Assembly (NCBI RefSeq): GCF_964204645.1
Contig: NC_134030.1
Span: 19,056,210-19,120,209 of the forward strand
Source: Tubulanus polymorphus
Lineage: Eukaryota > Animalia > Nemertea
Direction: 5' to 3'
Length of the DNA: 64,000 nt
The translations under genes were made by a program, and so were the position numbers. This document shows, in pieces, positions 58,001 through 64,000 of the stretch (positions within the stretch are counted from its first letter, which is position 1; the number at the start of each line of letters is the position of its first letter). Under the pieces are notes generated by a model that had not been told where the DNA came from, did not search any database, and saw only the letters and a list, made by a program, of their open reading frames with translations.

Positions 58001-58449
58001 GGGGCTGGTTGCATAGTGATGGCTTAGACTTATAACCAGTCAAAGGCCAACTTAGTTCTATAGCCAATCTAACAACTTAAGACCAGTCTTAAGATTTAAG
58101 ACCACTGTTGGACTTAAGTCACGACTGTGCAACCGGCCCCTGAATATAATGTAGGGAAACATTATGGGGACATTCAGATATCTTGTAATTTGGAACTCGG
58201 CTAACGTCTTCTGTTTCCACCTTTTTTGCAACGATATCGACTAAGGGGGTAAGGGTATGGAAGGGTCAGAGCCGATAGTTCTATACTTACCCGGGGTAAT
58301 TCGACTAGAGCCCTGCGTCCACGCCGTTACTGATATATATTCGCGTACAAAATAGGGATTGATAATACATTTAAAAACGGCAGTGTTTCCACGTGTGATG
58401 TAGACGTCGTTGACTCGCAGTTTATACGCGATGTACTGTCGAATTAACA
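21938..58449 (-). CDS. Dscam: Dscam (Down syndrome cell adhesion molecule) homolog; 33 exons in window, 5' end (signal peptide + Ig1) not in window
   Basis: Architecture Ig2-Ig9 / FN3x4 / Ig10 / FN3x2 / TM / cytoplasmic tail is diagnostic. Motifs: RGNTAVFKC (Ig2), VPPRWVVEP (Ig8), WLDGGCPI (FN6), [36 protein letters not shown]-terminal FTVV*. All exons are GT-AG and the summed length of 6071 nt is phase-consistent. Confidence 0.96.
22160..22295 (-). mobile_element. tRNA-derived SINE (second family)
   Basis: Minus strand GTGGCAGGGTTG (A-box-like)...AATGCCATCAGGTTCGAATCCCCG (B-box), body, (TTG)n tail. Confidence 0.6.
22575..22719 (-). CDS. Dscam: Dscam cytoplasmic exon 8
   Basis: [26 protein letters not shown]...; phase 1/2. 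Confidence 0.82.
22836..22926. mobile_element. PIF/Harbinger-like MITE (family A)
   Basis: TIRs as 15240, CAG TSD. Confidence 0.8.
23422..23512. mobile_element. PIF/Harbinger-like MITE (family A), inverted relative to 22836
   Basis: TIRs, CTG TSD. Confidence 0.8.
23602..23777 (-). CDS. Dscam: Dscam cytoplasmic exon 7
   Basis: [19 protein letters not shown]...[10 protein letters not shown]; phase 2/1. Confidence 0.82.
24165..24345 (-). CDS. Dscam: Dscam cytoplasmic exon 6
   Basis: [21 protein letters not shown]...; phase 1/2. Confidence 0.8.
24890..25025 (-). CDS. Dscam: Dscam cytoplasmic exon 5
   Basis: [21 protein letters not shown]. Confidence 0.87.
25326..25483. mobile_element. Penelope-like element remnant (inverted tail arrangement)
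   Basis: Same family as 41065 and 62691; flanked by CTTTTCTA direct repeats. Confidence 0.6.
25507..25757 (-). CDS. Dscam: Dscam cytoplasmic exon 4
   Basis: [10 protein letters not shown]...[21 protein letters not shown]. Confidence 0.87.
26316..26424 (-). CDS. Dscam: Dscam cytoplasmic exon 3
   Basis: [36 protein letters not shown]; bridges phase 0 to phase 1. Confidence 0.8.
26745..26864. mobile_element. Academ-like MITE, degenerate
   Basis: Ends CATCCCGCTGGCCAGG...TAGCAAGCGAGGATG, same terminus as 51089/56884/58724. Confidence 0.55.
26988..27172 (-). CDS. Dscam: Dscam cytoplasmic exon 2
   Basis: [14 protein letters not shown] (PYATF motif) + acidic run. Confidence 0.87.
27200..27520. 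repeat. Compound (GAAT)n/(GAAC)n microsatellite
   Basis: Degenerate GAAT tract 27200-27450 and pure GAAC tract ~27466-27520. Confidence 0.95.
27571..27825 (-). CDS. Dscam: Dscam cytoplasmic exon 1
   Basis: [24 protein letters not shown]...; phase 1/1. Confidence 0.85.
28311..28472 (-). CDS. Dscam: Dscam transmembrane exon
   Basis: STIKP...[29 protein letters not shown]. Confidence 0.92.
28950..29070 (-). CDS. Dscam: Dscam exon, FN3-6 end
   Basis: [34 protein letters not shown]. Confidence 0.92.
29202..29377 (-). CDS. Dscam: Dscam exon, FN3-6 start
   Basis: [34 protein letters not shown]. Confidence 0.92.
29693..29977 (-). CDS. Dscam: Dscam exon, FN3-5
   Basis: [14 protein letters not shown]...[20 protein letters not shown]. 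Confidence 0.93.
32135..32289 (-). CDS. Dscam: Dscam exon, Ig10 C-half
   Basis: [37 protein letters not shown]. Confidence 0.92.
33506..33620 (-). CDS. Dscam: Dscam exon, Ig10 N-half
   Basis: [36 protein letters not shown]. Confidence 0.92.
34545..34701 (-). CDS. Dscam: Dscam exon, FN3-4 end
   Basis: [26 protein letters not shown]. Confidence 0.9.
35216..35352 (-). CDS. Dscam: Dscam exon, FN3-4 start
   Basis: [35 protein letters not shown]. Confidence 0.92.
36003..36158 (-). CDS. Dscam: Dscam exon, FN3-3 end
   Basis: [25 protein letters not shown]. Confidence 0.92.
36527..36673 (-). CDS. Dscam: Dscam exon, FN3-3 start
   Basis: [27 protein letters not shown]...[10 protein letters not shown]. 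Confidence 0.92.
37071..37308 (-). CDS. Dscam: Dscam exon, FN3-2 end
   Basis: [12 protein letters not shown]...[23 protein letters not shown]. Confidence 0.92.
37510..37580 (-). CDS. Dscam: Dscam exon, FN3-2 start
   Basis: [24 protein letters not shown]. Confidence 0.9.
37961..38128 (-). CDS. Dscam: Dscam exon, FN3-1 end
   Basis: [32 protein letters not shown]. Confidence 0.9.
39803..40097. repeat. Local ~150-bp tandem duplication
   Basis: TAGTTATGAACTGTT...AATTCAGAATTCTGATCAT...ATTATTCG occurs twice. Confidence 0.75.
40108..40536 (-). CDS. Dscam: Dscam exon, Ig9 + FN3-1 start
   Basis: IPARF...[15 protein letters not shown]...DTGFYVC...ERPEAP...[15 protein letters not shown]. Confidence 0.93.
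41065..41217 (+). mobile_element. Penelope-like element remnant with degenerate hammerhead motif
   Basis: TGACGATGATCTCTAGGGTGAGATCGAACGTC followed by the AATAAA-containing tail shared with 62691-62904. Confidence 0.65.
41230..41412 (-). CDS. Dscam: Dscam exon, Ig8 C-half
   Basis: [38 protein letters not shown]. Confidence 0.93.
41846..41965 (-). CDS. Dscam: Dscam exon, Ig8 N-half
   Basis: [40 protein letters not shown]. Confidence 0.92.
43476..43631. repeat. ~155-nt hairpin (MITE-like)
   Basis: ~67-bp arms, about 90% complementary, 18-nt loop. Confidence 0.85.
45717..45843. mobile_element. PIF/Harbinger-like MITE (family C); degenerate copy at ~41648-41770
   Basis: TIR GGGCCGGTTGCTCAAAAGTT...AACTTTTGAGCAACTGGCCC, CWG flanks. 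Confidence 0.75.
46790..47223 (+). repeat. 47-bp minisatellite, ~9 units
   Basis: Unit AACTTAAGACCAGTCTAAACTCATTTTGGTTCTATAACCAATCTAAC. Confidence 0.95.
47357..47483 (-). CDS. Dscam: Dscam exon, Ig7 C-half
   Basis: [42 protein letters not shown]. Confidence 0.92.
47970..48124 (-). CDS. Dscam: Dscam exon, Ig7 N-half
   Basis: [40 protein letters not shown]. Confidence 0.92.
48222..48300. repeat. Near-perfect 79-nt hairpin related to the Penelope-like tail
   Basis: AATAGTAGATAAAACCCACAATA...TATTGTGGGTTTTATCTACTATT. Confidence 0.8.
49016..49177 (-). CDS. Dscam: Dscam exon, Ig6 C-half
   Basis: [35 protein letters not shown]. Confidence 0.92.
49731..49841 (-). CDS. Dscam: Dscam exon, Ig6 N-half
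   Basis: [37 protein letters not shown]. Confidence 0.92.
51089..51417 (+). mobile_element. Academ-like MITE, 9-bp TSD TACAACACC
   Basis: Imperfect TIR CATCCTCGCTTGCCAGGG / CCCTTGACGGGTGATGATG; exact 9-bp TSD. Confidence 0.8.
52524..52820 (-). CDS. Dscam: Dscam exon, Ig5
   Basis: [18 protein letters not shown]...[25 protein letters not shown]. Confidence 0.94.
53026..53250. repeat. 110-bp tandem duplication
   Basis: TGTTCAGAACTTCACCTGAGACATTT...TTTCAGAAACT occurs twice, 110 bp apart. Confidence 0.85.
55037..55600 (+). repeat. Minisatellite (77-bp then ~50-bp units) derived from a tRNA-SINE head
   Basis: Units carry GTGG(T/C)AGAGT and GGTTC(G/A)AA(T/A)CCC; the overlapping ORFs recur every 77 bp. 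Confidence 0.92.
55963..56514 (-). CDS. Dscam: Dscam exon, Ig3+Ig4
   Basis: [15 protein letters not shown]...DSGRYVC...[10 protein letters not shown]...DRGMYQC. Confidence 0.94.
56884..57206 (-). mobile_element. Academ-like MITE, 9-bp TSD TGCAATAAG; inverted copy of 51089-51417
   Basis: Colinear reverse-complement similarity over the full length; exact 9-bp TSD. Confidence 0.8.
57290..57439 (-). CDS. Dscam: Dscam exon, Ig2 C-half
   Basis: [32 protein letters not shown]. Confidence 0.92.
57742..58078. repeat. 174-bp tandem duplication including the left part of a MITE
   Basis: GCATCAAAACGTATGATAAAGG...CCAATCTAACAACT at 57742 and 57916. Confidence 0.9.
58002..58139. mobile_element. PIF/Harbinger-like MITE (family B)
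   Basis: TIR GGGCTGGTTGCA...TGCAACCGGCCC, CWG flanks. Confidence 0.75.
58291..58449 (-). CDS. Dscam: Dscam exon, Ig2 N-half
   Basis: [44 protein letters not shown]. Confidence 0.92.
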
Positions 58450-58723
58450 CTGCAATTATACACAGAAAAAAAACAAAAACATTAGAAAATTCGACCAAGA
58501 ATTTTGAAAGTGGATTCAGTGTTAATAATGAATCGTCAAACTAATGGTGATGCAGCCAGTCGAGTTTGGCAGGAGGGATCCAATGTTAAAAAATCCTGGC
58601 TTCGGGTAGGATATTCATGTACCCTTTGCAACGATATTAGGTCTGGACGCGCAGGGAGATGCGTTCCTGTTTTAGGGAAAGAACGGCCGAAGCAAACATG
58701 AAACCACGCGGCGCACACGCACA

Positions 58724-58957
58724 CATCCTCGCTTGCCGGGGTCTGATCGCCTCCTGTCGAAGCACACGCCAACATGAACTCCGCGCGCACTTCTTCGCTC
58801 TTTTACACCGCCAAAGGTAACTTGGTGAAAACAACGCATCTGATTGGCCAAATACATAGACTGGTGCATAAGACTAAATATATATAAGGGTTTGCGACCA
58901 GGGTTTGTGTTGACTTGAGCTTCAGAGGAGACAAACAAACCCCGGCAAGCGAGTATG
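58724..58957. mobile_element. Academ-like MITE (different internal sequence)
   Basis: TIR CATCCTCGCTTGCCGGGG / CCCCGGCAAGCGAGTATG, ACGCACA on both flanks. Confidence 0.75.
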
Positions 58958-60129
58958 ACGCACACACAGGCAGAAGCAGCGCTTTGAATGAGTCGATATA
59001 AAGTTCGACTAGTTTACTCCGCTACTAGAACGCTGCAACCGAAGATACTCCAGGAGTAATCTCGTTAGTCCGTCACACAGAGGCTCGATCTCTTTGTCTT
59101 GATTGTGCGCTATTTAAGAATTCGATTCACGTTTTCTGGCTCTAATTTTGTAAATCGCTTCCGTAGTTTTGATTGAGCTCGAGTCTCTCTGTTCGTCGCG
59201 ACACCGAGCGCGATGAGTCGCTCGGTGTAGCCTAGATCTTACGTCATTCCGATGCTTTCCCGTCTCGTCGTTAACCTAGCTGATATTTTCAACTCTAAAA
59301 CTTAACTGGGACCTTCGACGCTACATTGGCAGTCTAGTTTTTAACTTCTGGCGAGTCGCCCGTGATTCGTGCCCACTACGCTAAAACTCTTCACCGAACC
59401 CGTCGACCAGAATCCAGTCTGGCCAATCACGGCGCTTCTAACAAACGGCTTCAGTTGGATTTCCATTAAATGGACCAATCAGCGAACATTTTAGCGATCC
59501 AACGATTGCCTATTAAAAATATTGCTAAATATTCAAATTTTGTCTTTTTTCTGCGAAACAATGTTTTCACTTCAGTTTTCGCTCGGATCCGTAACTCTCC
59601 CCATCGGAAACTGTCGCTAAACTCGAACAACTATCCCCGTGTTAACCGCATCCGAAAACTAGATCAACCTCGCTAATCCGACGTGCGTTTTAAGATCTGT
59701 GCTCTCAAGAACCTGCGCCTCCATTAGGCTAAGAGTAGTAGCGCGGATAATCCCTTTTATTTGAACCGTCTCAAAGGACCGCCGCCGACGTCTTATGTAT
59801 AGTTTGTAGATAATTAGTAACATGTCCACGTCCGTAGTACACTCATTGATGACGTCATAGAATAAACCGATAAACCGTAAAAGGCGGCGGGCGTGCGAGG
59901 ACCTGAAACCTGGCATCAAGGCGTTCAGTCCACATCGTGCGAGATCGTTAGCTTAAGTTGCCGTCAATCACGTATAGACGTTAGTTATCGTTGGGCTTTA
60001 AATGTGACAAGTTTTTTCGTGTCATTCCTGCAGAACCGGCTTCGTGGCTCTTCGAACGGTCGCGTTTTGAGTTTATCCTGTTGCACTTAAGAAGTCTTTC
60101 CGAACACTCATAATGTTGGATTAGGTTAA

Positions 60130-60460
60130 ACAAATTGAGATTGATTGGTTAAAGAACCAAAATGAACTTAGACTGGTCTCAAATTGCTAGATTGTTAATA
60201 CAACCAAAATGAGCTTAGACTGGTCTCAAATTGCTAGATTGTTAATACAACCAAAATGAGCTTAGACTGGTCTCAAAATTGCTAGATTGTTAAAATAACC
60301 AAAATGAGCTTAGACTGGTCTCAAATTGCTAGATTGTTGATACAACCAAAATGAGCTTAGACTGGTCTCAAAATTGCTAGATTGTTAAAACAACCAAAAT
60401 GAGCTTAGACTGGTCTCAAATTGCTAGATTGTTAATACAACCAAAATGAGCTTAGACTGC
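60130..60460 (-). repeat. ~47-bp minisatellite, ~7 units, reverse-complement relative of the 46790 array
   Basis: Unit CCAAAATGAGCTTAGACTGGTCTCAAATTGCTAGATTGTTAATACAA. Confidence 0.93.
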
Positions 60461-62690
60461 GCTTGCTTGAGTTGTTTGCATAGTTATCGAATTAAAATAA
60501 GCCAAGACTGGTCTTAAGACGTTAGATAGTAATTCAAACTAAAGTGCGCTTCGACTGTCTTAGTAAGTTGGTATGTGGTGTGTTCGGACGAATCTAAACT
60601 TAAGCGGCGGTTTCATGTCTATTTTGTCAACAGAATCTTATTCAAATCTGAATTCAACTTTCAGATTTCGCTCGTTTTCCTGACGTAACGACAACGACAA
60701 CGTAGAATTCTGTTTCCGAATTGGCATCGGTTTCTATGAGAAGAATAGTTTTTCGACAACTGATAATCGATTGGGAACATCGTCGAATTATACACGGTAA
60801 CATACACAGACAAGCGGGAGAACCGCCGCGGCCGAATAACAACAACAAGTAGCGAATTATGAGTAATAATATAATGGATGGAAATGATCCAATAATTCGC
60901 CTGTCATCATCCAGGTACTTCACAAGCGCGGATCGATAATCACTTGACGTCACGTAGACGTCACCGGTATATAACTCATCCGCGGGGGCCTGTGAAACGG
61001 AAATATCGACCGAGCACTACATGAAAAAACCCGCCATCTCTCCCTCTCTCCCTCGCCCACTCTCTCCACGAGCTCTCACAGGAAATACATTATCCATCAA
61101 TTCCCACGTTTTAAATACCTGCTATCCGTATACGATTTCGTGTATTAGAAATGTTTTGAAATGTAATGAAATTGCGACGGATTCATCGTTTGGCAAGTGA
61201 GGATCCGCGTTATGTTATTTGCCGGCCTGATTTGTATTGGGACTATTTTAGCTACGTTATTCGGGTAAACCGCTATAGCAAGTAGGATCCAACTGATATA
61301 ATGGACGTAGTATCCAGTATAACCGTGGCGCTATTGCGCAGTAGGCCAACCATCATTGCGGCAATAGAGGTTTCCATTATTTCAGGCAAGTGGGGATCCT
61401 CCATTTGGTTCTATTGCGCAGTAGGCCAACCATAAAGTGTCGCAATAGAGGATTCCGTGTGTGGCAAGTGATGTTCTATTAAGTGTCGCTAGTGTGCAGT
61501 GGGACAATGCCTCTGTATGAATTGAAGATGCCAAAAATGCAGAAGTAACTTTTAATTTCTTCTAAATTTCAATCCGATAAAAACACCTTACTTTCTCTTT
61601 AGTTAAAAATAATTGTCGATAAAAACTATACCAAAAACTGAGATTAATAAAGTGAGGCTCGTTTGCGGATATTAAGGCTTCGGTAGTTATAATTTGAAGT
61701 TAAAATTTGAAAATTAAAAATGAACTTATTTTGACTGACGCAAAACCGACTGCTAGGCACGCCGTCTGGTGGTCAGTAAGATGATATGGCGATATCACCA
61801 ATTAGGTTTTCATGTTACGGGTGCGCATTTCATTTCATAGCCTCCGGTTCGGGACGAGATTAAACCCGAATTTCAAATCCTGAGAAGGTCCTACGTAAAC
61901 AGCGCCGAACAGCGAAGCGCTTCGTAAATCATAAATCGCTAATTGATTTTTCATTAAATCAACAAAAAAACACGAATCGCACCCGACCGGCTTCCATTAT
62001 CTACGAATCTCGGCCAATCACATGCTTCGTTAGTCAACGTACGCATGCGCATTCGGCGTATCGCTTCGAGTATGCGCAACGAAGCGTGTTGATGGCGGTC
62101 TCTGATGGGGTTCATTTATCAAACGGGTCCAATACGTTTGTTTAACGTCTAAATGGACGTATGATCATTGACGCGTAATACTCTGTATCCCTCAGCGCGT
62201 AAACGCATCGCAGCTGCGATTCTGTTTTGTTTCAGTAGCTCAGCAGTGAAAATAAAATCTCTGACCCCGTTCAGTCGTTTGCCGGTTCGATTTGCTGGTT
62301 GGAAGATTGTTTACACGGACCGGAACCGAAATTTCAAATTGTGCACTTTGATTCCATACGATATTATGTAATAGACTCGACCGACCATCCAAAGGTACAG
62401 AAGTTTATAGGTGAAAATATCGAGCAAAGGATAGCAGAGTTATCACGATTGATAAGACACTATAACCGGATTGAGATGATAATGTTGATAGAATCCCACA
62501 GTAATAACGAAAAACAGTCCGTAAAAATGTAACTGGAGCTAGTGTAGTTGATTCAACGTTATTGTGCCGAGTTAATTGATATTCAATCAAAACTTATGTT
62601 TCAATAAAACAGCGAGAGTCTCCGCGATATTTGGGACCTCGAGGGACCGCCAAAACAAGGCGCCTATAACGTGGAAACTTGTCGATTATA

Positions 62691-62904
62691 GAACGATAAC
62701 CACCCACGAACGTGGTGAACGGATAATGAGATAAAACCCACTATTTACAAATTGAAAGAATTTAAAAACAAGAATTTATTTATGACCTGACGATGATCTC
62801 TAGGGTGAGATCGAAACGTCGTGTATTTTATATATTTTAGATTGAATAAATAAATTCTTGTTTTTAAATTCTTTTCATCTGTAGATAGTGGGTTTTTATC
62901 TTAT
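62691..62904 (+). mobile_element. Penelope-like element remnant: inverted tail + hammerhead-bearing pLTR fragment, 12-bp TSD TTGTCGATTATA
   Basis: Left part is the reverse complement of the family's 3' tail; exact TSD at 62679-62690 and 62905-62916. Confidence 0.75.
62784..62824 (+). ncRNA. Minimal type I hammerhead ribozyme-like motif
   Basis: AC-CUGACGA-U-[GAUCUC uagggu GAGAUC]-GAAAC-GUC-GU: intact core boxes, 6-bp stem II, palindromic ACGU in place of stem III, stem I truncated. Confidence 0.65.
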
Positions 62905-63069
62905 TTGTCGATTATATGGGGGTTATACTCTGGTTTCCAGTTCGATATCATTTCATGGGTTTTTTCTTACATATGCGGGGTTTTATACCACATATACTGT
63001 GACTAGGCTTCACTTTCATCTATCATTATTTCATTATTTATAATTTTGAGTAATCATTTGAGTACTCCG

Positions 63070-63073
<4 letters not shown>

Positions 63074-63105
<32 letters not shown>
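63074..63105. repeat. (TA)n microsatellite
   Basis: Pure TA run. Confidence 0.97.
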
Positions 63106-63108
<3 letters not shown>

Positions 63109-63477
63109 AAAACCTCTTTTTTACGACAGTGCCCGTTGTTTGTGAGCGTGAATGCCACGCTTCTCCAGTCGCCTTAGTGACGACGGGCGGCGCATCGCCG
63201 CATTTACGGGAATTAGCCAAACGCGATAATTGATTAATTACCAAGTTAATTAGCGCGACTGCGAACGACAAACTTTGGCCACCGGGAGAATGATTAATGG
63301 ATCAGAACCGGCGGAAAAACACAGCGCGACTCACATCTGGTCTTAGCCGCGAAATTCTCGTTCAGACATGAGTACATGTTATGCACGTCAGAATATTAAA
63401 GTTCATTTTACCAACGATTAGGCTATGAATCTTTCAAAAACACATCCATTTTATACTAATCACTCTCCAATCTCCAG

Positions 63478-63745
63478 GAGCCAGTTCCATAGTTGCGAGT
63501 TAGAGTTAACCCTGAGTTTAAAAGTTAGTGTATTTTCGATGAGTTAATTCGGAGTTAAATCTGAACTCGGAACTGTTGAACTGGACCCAGCAGATCATTT
63601 CTACCGAACTACATAGTTAAGTGGTGCTGCCTACGTACAAACATGAGTTAGAGTTAACCCTGAGGTTAAGTTAGTTCATTTTCGATGAGTTAATTTGGAT
63701 TGAACTCGGAACTGTGGAACTGGACCCGGCAGATCATTTCTATCG
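63478..63745. mobile_element. Harbinger-like MITE family A (63478-63587, CAG TSD) plus partial tandem duplicate with flank
   Basis: TIRs as 15240; the right half plus CAGATCATTTCTA flank is repeated at ~63644-63745. Confidence 0.75.
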
Positions 63746-64000
63746 TATCTACATAATATAACTACATATATAAGTAATGCTGTGATTTTCCTGTAATCAT
63801 ATTACGCGAAAAACGCACTAATTTCATATTAATACGTCACTGGGCATTAGGAGAAGGTCGCAAATTCGTATCGATGCGGATATTATTTAACAAACCATGT
63901 TCGTAGGTGACTGAAATCAGTTCTGTTCAAAAACAAACAACTACGCAATATCAACGGTTTATTTGACTTCAAAATTAAAGGAGGCCCGTGTTTTAAAGGG

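Noticed and set aside
60654-60953. Hydrophobic minus-strand ORF as a Dscam signal-peptide or alternative first exon
   Set aside because: No ATG-led signal peptide, no convincing donor, and no Ig1 exon found between it and Ig2.

Overview
This is AT-rich, intron-rich animal genomic DNA. The repeat types and gene families suggest a non-arthropod invertebrate, probably a lophotrochozoan (inference). It holds three protein-coding loci. (1) The first six exons of a clan-2-type cytochrome P450 on the minus strand (ATG at 6394, running off the left edge). (2) An intronless rhodopsin-family peptide/chemosensory-type GPCR on the plus strand (13060-13946), broken by a frameshift after TM4. (3) A large Dscam gene on the minus strand. 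I traced 33 GT-AG exons by hand (58449 down to stop 21938). They join in phase into about 2,020 codons: Ig2-Ig9, 4 FN3, Ig10, 2 FN3, TM and a long cytoplasmic tail ending NYTDNFTVV*. The signal peptide and Ig1 appear to lie beyond the right edge. No arthropod-type tandem exon arrays are seen. Notable non-coding features: a probable ~7-kb Dscam 3'UTR with ten strand-biased Pumilio elements; Penelope-like remnants with TSDs and a minimal hammerhead ribozyme motif; Academ-like MITEs with 9-bp TSDs, two of which form an inverted pair around the Ig3-Ig5 exons; a duplicated in-frame splice acceptor; a minisatellite built from a tRNA-SINE head; and many Harbinger-like MITEs with derived 47-bp arrays. 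All coordinates were read manually and may be off by a few bases.
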